Counted from the first letter of the stretch, positions 42,685 through 56,099 are shown. The stretch is DNA of 64,000 nt from Octopus vulgaris (GCA_951406725.2 OX597837.1:7440001-7504000); one strand, 5' to 3'. Notes: generated from the sequence alone by a model not told the origin. Program-made: numbers and translations.

Positions 42685-42752
42685 ATTCCATGCTGCATTC
42701 ATTTATATTTATATATATATATATATATTATATGTAAGTATATATATGTATG

Positions 42753-42788
<36 letters not shown>

Positions 42789-42823
42789 CATACATACATA
42801 TATATACATATATATACATACAT

Positions 42824-42861
<38 letters not shown>

Positions 42862-43829
42862 CATACATATATATACATATATATACATACATATAATATA
42901 TATATACATACATAGGTATATACTCATAGTGTACAAGTAGGATTATGTTCATGCATGTATAAACAATAACATTAATAAAGAACTCAATACATAAATTAGA
43001 GTTAAGTATTTATTTTTTTAAAAGATGGCAGTGACCTTGAAGCTTCATCTCATTTGCCATTGTAAATTCTGTGTGTGTGTGTGTGTGTGTGTGTGTATGA
43101 ATGTGTATATAGTTTTGGGGTTTTACATCCACTTTTCAATGTCTGCAGGGGTTGGATGAGTATTGCTTGCTGCATGGCTTGGAAATGTGTGTGTGTGTGT
43201 GTGAAAGACCACAGTCTAGTGGCTAAGGTGTTCCAGTCAGGATCGTGAGACCATGTGTTTAATTCCTAACCTAGTAGTGCATTGTGCTCTTGAGCAAATC
43301 ACTTTGAGTTTTTCTGAGGTCACTCTGATATCTGACACAAGGGCACATTGTGTCCCAGAAAAAGCAGCATCAGATTGATGGCAGAAGAGAGCTAATGTAC
43401 AGCACCAGCATTGGCTCGCTCTAAGCAAGTCATCTGTGCAGGTTGTTCAACAGGAAACTGCAGAAGACAGGAAAATCCGGGTTCAGTCCCACTGTGTGGT
43501 ACCTAGGGTAAGTGACTTCTAATAAAGCCTTATGCTGACCATATGATGGGCTTTTAGGAGGCATTGGAAGAGATGATCTTGTGTCAGATGATACACACAC
43601 ACATATATATATATACCCATTTATCATCATCATATATAAGATGGTCCTGGTTTCAATCCCATGGCATGGCACCTTGGGCAAGTGCCTTCTACTATAGCCT
43701 CGGAACAACCAAAGCCTTGTGACTATGAGACAATACAAAAATACACTTGACCAGGATACCACACAGTGGGATTGAACCAAAGAACCATACCTGTGTGTGT
43801 GTGTGTGAGTGCATGTGTGTGTATGTATG

Positions 43830-43859
<30 letters not shown>

Positions 43860-43865
<6 letters not shown>

Positions 43866-44469
43866 AACGTCAGGTAAGGGTCCTTGAACATTTTCATCAG
43901 AGATGTCTCAGACACATTCTCAATGTTGGCTGGACCTCAAAAATTCCAGACACACAGATCCTGAGGACAGCTGATATCTTGAGTATTGAGGCGATGGTGC
44001 ACAAGCACCGGTTGCGTTGGACTGGACACCTTATTCAAATGAAGGATAGAAGGATTCCTAAGCAGATGCTCTATGGAGAACTTGTGAATGGAAGGAGACT
44101 CCGGCAGAAACCTAGGCTGCGATTTAAGGACTGTGTCAAGTCCTCATTAAAAGCCTGTGATATGCAGGACACTGACTGGGAGAACAATGCCTGTCATCGC
44201 CACAGATGGAGAAAGCAGGTTAAGGAGGGGATCGACACTTTTGAGAGAGCACGTATCCAGCATGAAGAACTTAAGCGAGCTGCGCGAAAGTGCACGGCTC
44301 GTATAGTGAATGGGGAAAGCTTGGTCTGCAATGTTTGCAGTCGTGTATGCTTGTCAAGAGCAGGGCTCATTAGCCACCAACGGAGCCGCAAATGCAAAAT
44401 ATAAGGTAGTCCTAGAGTGCACAATGTTCCTGAAGGTCGGCAATGGTCTTCCTTGGTCACGAGTGGACG

Positions 44470-44476
<7 letters not shown>
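43860..44476 (+). mobile_element. RTE-clade LINE 3' fragment with C-terminal zinc-finger-like motif
   Basis: FHQRCLRHIL...LRWTGHL...PKQMLYGEL...CNVC...GLISHQR, then a short 3' UTR ending in CAT repeats. Confidence 0.92.
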
Positions 44477-44512
<36 letters not shown>

Positions 44513-44818
44513 TGTGTGCATATAGTTGCAGGTGTGGCTATGTGGTAAGCTTGCTTCTCATCCCCTTGGTTCCAGGTTCAGTCCCACTGCATGACACCTT
44601 TGGCAACTGTCTTCTACTATAACCTCAGGCTAACCAAAACCTTGTGAGTGGATTTGGTAGGCAGAGACTGAAAGAAGTCCATCGTATATATATATATATA
44701 TATATATATGCTTGTGTGTGTATGTGTGTGTCCCATTACTGCTTGGCAACCTGTGGTGGTGTGTTTACATCTTTGTAACTTAGCAGTTCAGCAAAAGAGA
44801 CTGATAGAATAAGTACTA

Positions 44819-44918
44819 NNNNNNNNNNNNNNNNNNNNNNNNNNNNNNNNNNNNNNNNNNNNNNNNNNNNNNNNNNNNNNNNNNNNNNNNNNNNNNNNNN
44901 NNNNNNNNNNNNNNNNNN
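44819..44918. other. Assembly gap (100 N)
   Basis: Lies inside a SINE A copy, with aagtacta on both sides. Confidence 1.
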
Positions 44919-45723
44919 AAGTACTAGTCTTCAAAAAACTAATACGTCTGAGGGTCAATTTCTTTGGCTAAAACCCTTCGAGGTGGTGCCCCAGCATGGC
45001 CACAGTCTTATGACAGAAACAAATAAAAGATGAAAGATGTTGGATATATATTTTTTTAGGATGCAAATTCAAATGCGAGTTTAGAAAGTTTTAATTAAAG
45101 TACATTAACAATATGGATGCAACAACTCAAGTTTCATGTCCTGTGAAATTTTACCCCAGTTTGGTACAAACAAAGTTTCTCTTCTTTGTCACCATTCAAC
45201 AGGCTGCTTAAAAAAACAATAATAGCCATTGTTATTATTATTATTATTTTCTTCTAAAGCAGCCAGATAAATAATTATGAAGAAGACAAGAATCTTTTAT
45301 TCCAAATGGAATAAAATTTCACCACCATAAACAACCCTGTTAGCATATTTCTGTAGAAATAGGCTGCCTTTGTTTCTTGTAATTTTTAAAATAATAAAAG
45401 ATTTTGGTAAAATAATTCCGTCGTTATTAAACTGGCTTTTGGAAAATAGATTACCATGAAATTTTAATGGAAGGTTTTTAACTTAGATCACTTTTTAAAA
45501 CAGGAAGTTTGATCTCAGGCATGGTGGTATTTAGGGATTAACTTACTCAGATTAAACCGTGTAATATGTGAGTGGGGTGAAAGGGCAGGCTTGGCTGTGC
45601 AGATAAGAAGTTTGTTTCCAGTCATATGGTTTTTGGGTTCAGTTCCATTGTGTGGTATCTGCTGCAAGGGAATTTTACTAAGGCCTCAGATTTAGTAAAT
45701 GGAAACTGAAAGAAATATGATCA

Positions 45724-45778
<55 letters not shown>

Positions 45779-45984
45779 TTCTCTCTTTTACTTGTTTCAG
45801 TCATTTGACTGCGGCCATGCTGAAGCCCCGCCTTTAGTCGAGCAAATCAACCCCCAGGACTTATTCTTTGTAAGCCTAGTAATTATTCTATCGGTCTCTT
45901 TTGCCGAACTGCTAAGTTACGGGGATGTAAACACACCAGCATCGGTTGTCAAGCAATGGTGGAGGGACAAACACAGACACAAAT

Positions 45985-46022
<38 letters not shown>

Positions 46023-46149
46023 CAGCCGAGGTTGCGAGGATGATCCGGTTCTTGTCTGAAGATTGAAGGCTTCGAATGTCCCATCCGTGTTTTTTGTATC
46101 ATCTTCTAAATGTTTTGCGTTCTTGTCCCAGTTTGTATTTTTTTACATA

Positions 46150-46182
<33 letters not shown>

Positions 46183-46858
46183 ATATATGATGAGCTTCTT
46201 TCAGTTTCTGTCTACCAAATCCACTCACAAAGCTTTGATTGGCCCAAGGCTATAGTAGGAGACACTTGCCCAAGGTGCTATGCAGTAGGACTGAACCCAG
46301 AACACACACACTGTCACATAGCCACTCTGCCCCTAATGCACACACGCACGCACACACCAAACTTCCATGCCAAATTTACTCACATAGCATTGTTTGGCCT
46401 GGGGCTATTGTGTGAGATACTCGGCCAAGGTGCCGTGCCATACAGTGGAACCGTACCCAAAAACCATAAGACTGCAAACCAAGCTTCCTAACCACTGAGC
46501 CATACACACACACAGAGTCACGCACATATATATGCATCTGCAGCCACATATAAATATGCACGCATATACCTCTGTAGAGATATGTAGGTAGATGTATCTC
46601 TGACACATTTCGCAGCATATACAAACACACATATACATCCTGAGAATGTTTGTAAATAAGAAAAATGAAAAGCAGAACACAAGCAACGTTGATGGAGGAT
46701 GGCAAATCTCTAAGAACGGAAATGATACAGAACCATTATAGACTTCATACACATAACCAAAACAAGATCACAGACAGATAAATATATATATAGATAGATA
46801 GACAGAGATATACACGCATAGATATACAGATATAGACAGCATGAAGAAATGAAATTAC

Positions 46859-46876
46859 GAGGTGTTCATGCCCTTT
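46859..46876 (-). CDS. Candidate 18-nt microexon (KGHEHL in phase 0)
   Basis: About 105-nt AG-free U-rich tract, branch-like CTGAT, UGC near the acceptor, ttacag|AAAGGGCATGAACACCTC|GTAATT. Confidence 0.35.
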
Positions 46877-47494
46877 CTGTAAAGAGATTTAAGCAACACA
46901 AATAAATTGAAATAAAGGAGAAAATGAAATAAAATGACAATCAGTGAAGTGAGACAAAGTTATACAAACATCATGCCAGGCAGCTAGCCTCTCATTCTAT
47001 GGTGCTCGCCCACCCTTTTTTTGCCCTTATTAAATTAATATCAATGAATTAATATTTTAATTAACCAAACAAATTAATATATAAGTTAAGAAAACATCAC
47101 AATTTGTTATTTTGTTGTTTCTCCATCTCTGTTCATACAGGTGAGAACTTGAAATTTTAGGGTGATGATGTACATGCATACTCAGGTGAGGGGGCTGCTT
47201 TGTCAAGAGAATGAAGGTTTTGCAGGTGTAAAATATGAAAACAAAATAATGGATATTAAATGGAAATACATCATAGATTTAAATATTTATATTTTGTAGG
47301 CATGGCTTGCGCACACAGATGTGGCTGTGTGGCAAAATACTCTGCTTTTAAAACCATATGAATTTAGGTTCAATGCCAGAGAGTAGCACTTGACCAAGTG
47401 TCTTTTACTAAAGCATCAGGACAGCCAATGCCCCATGAAGAAATTTTGCAGACAGAAACTCTGTGTGTGTGATAAGGCTGCGAGTTGCAGAATC

Positions 47495-47892
47495 ATTAGC
47501 ATGTCAGGTGAAATGCTTAGCGGTATTTCGTCTACCGTTACGTTCTGAGTTCAAATTCCGCCGAGGTCGACTTTGCCTTTCATCCTTTCGGGGTCGATAA
47601 ATTAAGTACCAGTTACGCACTGGGGTCGATGTAATCGACTTAATCCCTTTGTCTATCCTTGTTTGTCCTCTCTTTGTTTAGCCCCTTGTGGGTTGTAAAG
47701 AAATAGGCATTCCGTCTGCTGCTACGTTCTGAGTTCAAATTCAGCTGAGGTCGACTTTGCCTTTCATCCTTTCGGGGTCGATAAATTAAGTACCAGTTAC
47801 GCACTGGGGTCGATGTAATCGACTTAATCCCTTTGTCTATCCTTGTGTGTCCCCTCTAGGTTTAGCCCCTTGTGGGCAATGAAAAAATAAGA
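47495..47892 (+). mobile_element. SINE family B dimer
   Basis: Two units, junction aaatag|gcattccgtc. Confidence 0.85.
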
Positions 47893-48199
47893 AACTGTGT
47901 GTGTGTATGAATGTTTACACCCTACACTGAGTAATAGCCACAAACGGTGACATGTGTTGACATTTCTTGTCAACAAATCATCCACTGGCTCTGCACTTTC
48001 AAATTCCATTGGAGTAAAACAAATCGCTTGTTTTTAAAATCAGGTAAGACTTGGTGACAGGAAAGGTATCCAGTTGTAAAGGTATGTCTTGATTACCTCC
48101 TGTCAAAGCCATGCTAGCATGGACTAACAGACAGCATACAAAATGAATGCATAAATGAGCAACCTTCCAGGTGCATCTTGCAATGATGTGATTCCAGGT

Positions 48200-48556
48200 T
48201 CAATCCTAAAGAAATACCTAAAGGGCCCAATGAAGATTACTGCAGATCCTTTTCCAAAGCTTCCTAGAAAGTGGTAGACTCTCACAAAGTTAAAGGAAGG
48301 CATAATGTGTCCGATTTATAAAGGAAGAAGCAGAGCAGATGCTAAAAATTGTAGACCTGCCCCTCAAACCACACATGTTAGCAAAGTCATGGAACGAATT
48401 GTCGAAAGGAAACAGAGCATGTTCCAAGACGATAATGCCTTGCTTTTTGATACCCAGCATGGCTTCTGCTCAGAAAGAAGCTGCTTTACACAGCTCCTGC
48501 AGCATCATGATGGGGTGTTGAAACAACTTACGAATCAGTTAGCAGTGGATATGATA
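48200..48556 (+). mobile_element. CR1/L2-type reverse transcriptase fragment, decayed
   Basis: PIYKG...NCRP...SKVMERIV...QHGF...SCFTQLL. Confidence 0.85.
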
Positions 48557-49560
48557 TCCTTTTTCCTTTTGTATTTGTTTTAGTCATTTGACTGTGGCCA
48601 TGCTGGAGCACCACCTTTAGTCGAGGAAACTGACCCCAGTACTTATTCTTTGTAAGCCTAGTACTTATTCTATCCGTCTCTTTTGCCAAACTGCCAAGTT
48701 ACGGGTACGCGAACACACCAACATCAGTTGCCAAGTGATGGTGGTGGGGGGGAACAAACACAGACACACAAACATACACACACAAATATATATATATACA
48801 TATATACGATGGGCTTCTTTCAGTTTCCATCTACCAAATCCACTCACAAGGCATTGGTCGGCCTGGGGCTATAGCAGAAGACACTTGCCCGAAGTGCCAC
48901 GCAGTGGGACTGATCCCGGAACCATGTGGTTGGTAAGCAAGCTACTTATCACACAGTCACTCCTGCACCATTGACTTCTTGAGCAAAGCTCTTCAGTTCA
49001 CATTGACCCTGTGATGGATTGGCCTCCTGTTAGGGCAGAATGCTGTGATCTCTGGATCTTCATCACTTCTAAGCAATGGAAACTGGATCATCCAGGTAAC
49101 TGGTCCTATGAGATCTAGGAGCCAAGACAATAATGTCCAAGTAATGTTGATCATGATGATGATGATGGAAGATAAAAGGCAACGTTGAGCTGAGCAGGAA
49201 CTGAACACAGAACATTAGGAACTGGAACAAATGAAATAACTGTAAAGAATTTTATACAACGTTCCAACAATATTTTTTTTTCCTGCCAATTTGCGACCTT
49301 ATTTTCTGCTCACCACTTAACGAGAAATAAATGGAGTTCATACCCCATGTGGAGTTAATTAATATAACAGTACAAATGCTTTGTTATGTAGAGTGTGTGT
49401 GTGTGTGTGTGCACATGTGTACACATACACATTTTTGTGTTTGCATGCATGCGTCTGTGTGTGTGAGTATGTATGGAGGTCTGTGTATTTGTAGGCATAC
49501 ATGCATGTGTCCCCATACGTTTTGATGCTTAAGCATGCATACGTGTGCTAGTGAGCAGAC

Positions 49561-49574
49561 CTGAAGTCTTTCAT
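49561..49574 (-). other. Candidate 14-nt microexon
   Basis: About 250-nt AG-free U-rich tract, ctag|ATGAAAGACTTCAG|GTCTGC, and three TGCATG within 120 nt downstream. Confidence 0.3.
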
Positions 49575-49828
49575 CTAGTTTAGAGGAGATAAGTAGAAAC
49601 AATGCAAATTTCAAACGAAAGATTGTGAGAGATCGTTATATTAATTGTTTTTTTTTTTAAAACAAAACAAAAATAAAAGCAAATTAAAAAAAATATATGT
49701 AATTGCAAATTAAATATTTAAAAATAACATACAAAACAAACAATATTAAACATAAAAAAAGACATTCAGTTTTTTTAACAAAATAAAACAAACAAAAATG
49801 AACATTCATATATACATACACATACACT

Positions 49829-49893
<65 letters not shown>

Positions 49894-50129
49894 TTCTACA
49901 AAATACTGTAAAAACTAAGGAACAGCATTCAACATGCTTACATGCAGAACATAATGTTATGTGTGTACGTGTAATGTATAGTGTATTAATGGATAGGTTT
50001 CAGTGTGTGTATGTGTGTGTGGTGAGTATAAGGGGCTATAATCTTGGCTGTGACCTCATAAAACACTTTGCCTTTCACAGGTAGTTTCTCTTAAATTAAA
50101 TATACACAACAATTGTGTGTGCTTGTGTG

Positions 50130-50163
<34 letters not shown>

Positions 50164-50356
50164 AATATATATAACAATTGATTAGTGGAGGCACAATGGC
50201 ACAGTGGTTAGAGCAGCAGACTCGCAGTTGTGGGATCACAGTTTCGATTCCCAGACCAGGCGCCCAAACCGTACCACTGCTTTACTCAACATATCAGCAC
50301 AGTAATTAACATATACCATTAGTCCAAAATATTACATATATATATATATATATATA

Positions 50357-50540
50357 TGAAAGATAAGTAGCCACTACACACATTTTTTTTCTCTCCTTGT
50401 TTTTTTGTGTTCCTTTCTGTAGAAGAGCGTAGGCTCGAAACGTAAAAGACTTTTTCTATTCCTGAGCGTTATACTAATACATCTGTTTGTTTTGTAACCC
50501 ACCAGTCTTCGTCTTTTGTTTTTTTCATAAACTCTCCCTA
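50357..50540 (+). mobile_element. About 190-nt hammerhead-bearing Penelope-like terminal-repeat element in (TA)n
   Basis: Pyrimidine-rich unit with a central hammerhead; homologous to 59043-59238 (-) and 31186-31325 (+). Confidence 0.7.
50413..50448 (+). ncRNA. Minimal hammerhead with variant core CUGUAGA
   Basis: CUUU-CUGUAGA-A-GAGC-GUAG-GCUC-GAAA-CG-UA-AAAG. Confidence 0.7.
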
Positions 50541-50547
50541 TATATAT

Positions 50548-50906
50548 CCTTAAATCCTTAAAAATGTTTTAGCCCAAAGGTCGCGGCCATGCTGGGGCAC
50601 CACCGCTGAATGAGCTACACTAATATGTGAATCCACCTCTGATACGTGGCACTTGGTCAACAAGGGAGTTCGATGCCGCTGCCTGCATCTGCGTCTCCTG
50701 TCGTGAGGTAGGTTCATCTGGGACTCCCGACAAGAAGAGATCCAGTTTAGTTTTAAAGAAACCCACATCCACACCACGCGAGTCTCTCAGGCATTTAGGG
50801 AGGATGTTAAAGAGCTGTGGTCCTCTGAAACCCAAGCTGTTGCAGTATCTGGTCCTGTATTTTGATGGTGATGTTGGAATCTTTGTCACCATGCAGTCGC
50901 GCCCCG

Positions 50907-50910
<4 letters not shown>
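50548..50910 (-). mobile_element. CR1-type LINE 3' end with UTR
   Basis: GPQLFNILPKCLR...FKTKLDLFL..VPDEP...SNSL, then a UTR with a short tandem tail. Confidence 0.88.
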
Positions 50911-50960
<50 letters not shown>

Positions 50961-51103
50961 GTCTGTATGTCCACAAACTGATCATGCTGGCATGCTCAAT
51001 CCACGTTAATGGTGAAACTGTATAGAGTCTATTGTTGCTGCTGTTGTTGTTGTTGTTCCCTGTTTAGTTCATTTAAACAGAAATATTTGAATAACAGGAG
51101 TTA

Positions 51104-51494
51104 TTATATATATATATAAAGCTGAAGTTGTCTGTTTATGGCAGGTTTGGTAGCCTTCAACTAACACTATCTCCTCCGAGACCCTGCAGCGCAAGTTGAC
51201 CAAAATTGAGAGTATGATAGAAGAAGGGTTGCTCTTCCTTCCGTAGAAGATAAAATTCAAATCGGATCATGTTAACACCAAAAATTATTTACATCAAAAA
51301 GGTGCTTTTTTTCTATGAAAATCCCTATTTTTTACGATTTTTTGACTGCTGTGTCGCCAGTTTTCGGTGTATTTCAACCAGAAAAATGTTCACTTAAAGA
51401 GAATAACAAGCTACACAATGCAAAATCTATACTTTTCAAAATTCCAATTCTAAAGGGTCTAAACAAACCCGAGCAACGCCGGGCAATTCTGCTA

Positions 51495-51495
<1 letters not shown>
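51104..51495 (+). mobile_element. Non-autonomous Helitron, same 3' end, different interior
   Basis: cccgagcaacgccggg hairpin followed by CTAG|T. Confidence 0.75.
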
Positions 51496-51530
<35 letters not shown>

Positions 51531-51766
51531 TGCTTTTTTTTTTTAATTAACAGAAGAAGCTACCAAGTGACTCAAGTGCTGAGAGTTTCATGCAGGACAC
51601 TTGATATGTGTGACACAGGAAACATGAGGCCCTTGAGTAGCTTTCCAGCTTTTGCGATTAAATATATAAAATACATACACAGCTATCTATCTGTCAACCT
51701 ATCTATATATACACACACACACACATATATATACATATACACACACACACATATATATGCAGATAT

Positions 51767-51816
<50 letters not shown>

Positions 51817-52688
51817 GTGCACACATATCACACATATCTTTTTGAATTGTTTCAATAATTGGATTGTGACCATGCTGGAGCACTGCAGTAAGAAATTTTT
51901 AATCGACTATTTTGGCCCCAGTACTTCTGTTTTTAAAGTCTGCTACTTTCTCTGTCGGTCTCTTTTGCTGAACCACTAAGTTACAGCCACATAAACAACC
52001 GGCACCAATACTTACATATATATCTATACATATATGTGCATATATATACATATATATCTATACATATATATGTGCATGTATATACATATATATCTATACA
52101 TATATATGTGCATGTATATACATATATATCTATACATATATATGTGCATGTATATACATATATATCTATACATATATATGTGCATGTATATATATATATA
52201 TATATATATACAAACACACGTTTATCTATCAAAATGTGTATGATTTATATAAACTGATTGTTAAAGAAAGAAAGATAGATGTTTATATATACACACACAC
52301 ACATATATACAGGAGACAATATATACACACACACACATATATATATGTATATATATTTATAAATTATGCTATAAACAAAACAAAACCAACATGGAACAAA
52401 CAAAGCATTGGCCACTTAATGAAAATATTCCTACATTTCAAATGGTGACACTAAAGTTCTGACAACTTTCAAGACTTTCTCAGCAAACTATGGGGGGAGA
52501 AAAACAAAAAACAAAAAGAAAAAAAAACACAACTGTGCAGTAGCCATGTTTGTCAAGACATCAAATCTGAAAGGGAGGAATTTATATATTCCAAGTCCTT
52601 TTTTTTGGTAGGGTACAGTGAAATGGGGGAGGGGATTGGTGCTTAATGGTCTAGATTATACAGTATGCTAGTGTGTTTGTATATATGG

Positions 52689-52740
<52 letters not shown>

Positions 52741-53916
52741 TTATATAAAACATATGTATATATTTAAAACAATTTATATAATACATATACTATGAATACA
52801 TATATATACACACACACACACACGTATTTATATATCTACATACATATATACACATACACATATCCACATACATACATATATATATACACATGTGTATATA
52901 TATATATATATATACAGACATATACATACATACATATATATATATATACACACATATACATATCTACATACAGATATGCATACATACATATATTTATATA
53001 TATATACACACACAAATACATATACACATATTTGTCCACCCCAGCCAGCATGGAAGGCAGACATTAAATGATATACAGTATATATACACACATATATATA
53101 GATAAGTATATATATATACATATACACATATAAATATAAAATATTATCTAAATGCGAAGATTAAGCAGATTGTCATATATGGACTCAATAACAAACGAAA
53201 TAATTTATATAAATACAGAATGACTCTTATATTAAATACTTGTGGTGTATGTCCCAACCTAAATGGGCCACGTTACCCCAAGACCTTACTTTAAAATTAC
53301 TTAATAGGATTTCATCAGGTTGTGTGCTGTTATGTCAGACGTGACCTGCAGGGATTTGGGCCAAAAACCTATATATCCAATAATCAAAGTTTCACTGAAG
53401 AACTCCTGTTTGAATTCTTGAATTTTCTTCAGGAACCGTGAGGAGAATCTAGAACTTGGAAACCGAAATTCTTCTGTGAAACTCTAAGAAAGTTTTCCAC
53501 ACACACATACACATATAAGTACAGATATATATATATACATATACGCACATATAGCTATACCTACAGAGACAGATAACTAGAAAAATATATACATATACAT
53601 ACATTATAAATTTTATAGCCAAAAAAATAATATAATCTATATATATATATATATATATATATACACCCATCAGTTTTTATGTATGTAGATATACACATGT
53701 ATATGTGTGTGTGTGTGTGCATGTACCACAAAATTCCTATGACTAAATGTCTGTCAAAGAAATTTGGAAAAAACATGTATATTTAAATACAGCTTAAAAT
53801 AAACTAAAATTTAAAAATTAAGCTATTTTTCCCCAAAAAAGTAGCTACATATCAGTTTTTGACTTTTTTTTAACAACTTATTTTCTCATCTATTTTGCAA
53901 ACCTGTGTTCACACAG

Positions 53917-53958
<42 letters not shown>

Positions 53959-54313
53959 TCAAGTTTACTTTTTATGGTGAGTTATAATAAAAAGAATTTC
54001 ACATGAAACTAAAGAAGTGCTTAATAATATTTATCATACTTTCACAAGAATGGTAACAGGAACTTCAAGGTTTCAAAGTATTACTTTTTTGTTGAACAAA
54101 CTTTTCTACTCTGAGCACAAGGCTTGAAATTTTGGGGGAGGAGGGGCAGTTGATTAGATCAACCCCAGTACGTAACTGGTACTTAATTTATCGACCCAAA
54201 ATTCAAAGTCAGTACCACCCTTTCTCTTGTAAAAATATTACATACATATATATGTATATATATAATGTGTGTGTATGTATGTATATATATATATATATAT
54301 ACATATATGTATT

Positions 54314-54347
<34 letters not shown>

Positions 54348-54633
54348 CATATATATATGTATTTATATACATATATATATATATGTATGTATATATATAC
54401 ATATATATATGTATTTATATACATATATATATATATGTATGTATATATATACATATATATATGTATATGCATATATATGTATATATATATATGTGTGTAT
54501 ATATATATTTGTGTGTGTATATATATATATATATATACATATACCAGTATTGAGTACATATGATAAATAATGGTAGCAAAGGTATCTGTGTTTTAGTTTC
54601 TTTGTATGTGTCTGCAAGTCTGTATTTCTTTGA

Positions 54634-54687
<54 letters not shown>

Positions 54688-54707
54688 CAAATTTGAGGAA
54701 TACAAAC

Positions 54708-54797
54708 CTGAGTCTTGGCAGTAATCATTTGAGACCGAAGTTCCAAAGAGATAGCAGAAGTAGTAGTAGTCAGTGGTGTAAGTACCAAAGTGCTCAT
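54708..54797 (-). CDS. Candidate first coding exon (30 aa, [30 protein letters not shown]) of the same gene
   Basis: ATG at 54797, 90 nt open, donor CAG|GTTTGT in phase 0, so it joins the HMVQ exon in frame. It is a unique-sequence island preceded by a U/A-rich UTR-like tract and a repeat-poor region. Confidence 0.55.
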
Positions 54798-55595
54798 GCA
54801 AAATGACTAAGGAATAAAATGGCAAGGCAGGAATTTTGAAAAAAAAAAGAAAAAGAAAAAAAGCAAACAAAAAAATATTCGCAGAAAGGAAAAAGGAGAA
54901 AAAAAGAAACTGAAAAATTTTCGTCTTTTTTTCCCCTTTTTCTTTTTCTTTTCTGTTTTTCTTCTTTTTTTTTGTTATGTTTTCTTTTCTCTTTTTCTTT
55001 TTTTTTTTTTTTTTTTGGTTTTTTAGTTGAAACTTGCAGAAGAATTGGTAACTGAAGAAATGATGCAACAAGCACAGTGAAAAGAATATATATATATATA
55101 TATGTGTGTATATGCAGATGTGTGTATATGTACGTGTGTGTGTAGGTGTGTGAGGAATTACATGTATGTATGTATAGATTATGATAAAGTTTGATGAACA
55201 CTCTGATTTGAAAATATATATATATACATACAATAATGTTTTTGTCTATGCATATATGTGTATATATGAATGTATATATAAATGTATATAGTGTCGTTTA
55301 TGAGTGATATATGTATAAAAGTTGGATCTCACTGTCTATTCTCTGTGAGTATATGTGGCGGATATGAAAAGTGCCAGCGTGTGTTGAGGGAGAGAGAGAG
55401 AGAGAGGAAAGAGAAAAACAGTGTTTATATGTTAAAAATATATATACATGTGTGTATATATATATGTGTGTGTGTGTGTGCGTTTTTGAGTGTGAATGTG
55501 TGCATGTATGAAGACAGTTAATATATATGTGTGTGAGTGTATGTGTATATTAGAATGTATAAAAACTTTTTTCTAGCACTACAAAGAGGATGTGA

Positions 55596-55639
<44 letters not shown>

Positions 55640-55983
55640 TGATTTTGTGTGCTTATATACATGTGTATATATGACAGTATATATGTGTGTGTGTTTCAGT
55701 ATGTATATATATGTCAGTGTATATATATATGTATATATATATATAATTAATGGTAGGTTTTTGCAGAATATTTAAAAGAGTAGAGAGAAAGTAATATGTA
55801 CATACATATATGAGTGTATATATATATATATATATGTGGGTGTATGAGTGTGTGTATGTATGTGTGGGTATATGTGTGTGTGTGTGTGGATAAATGGGTG
55901 TGTCAGTTAGAGAGAAAGTGAGAATGAGACAGCCAAAGAATTAAAAGAAACAAAAAATTGTAACCACATAGTTCAAAGTACTG

Positions 55984-56018
<35 letters not shown>

Positions 56019-56099
56019 CATAGTAAGTGGAGTTCAAAAGTAGTAGTGATGACGATGATGGTAGTAGTAGTAGTAGTAGTAATTCTGATACTACTAATG

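Noticed and set aside
44811-44926. aagtacta duplication as a target-site duplication
   Set aside because: It flanks an N gap inside a SINE and is most likely contig overlap.
52435-52490. Possible minus-strand exon FAEKVLKVVRTLVSPFE
   Set aside because: The acceptor is plausible, but the donor is weak and the AG-free zone short.
53300-53435. CTGATGA/CTGAAGA motifs as hammerheads
   Set aside because: Only a short ctgaagaa/ttcttcag inverted repeat; hammerhead stems are absent.
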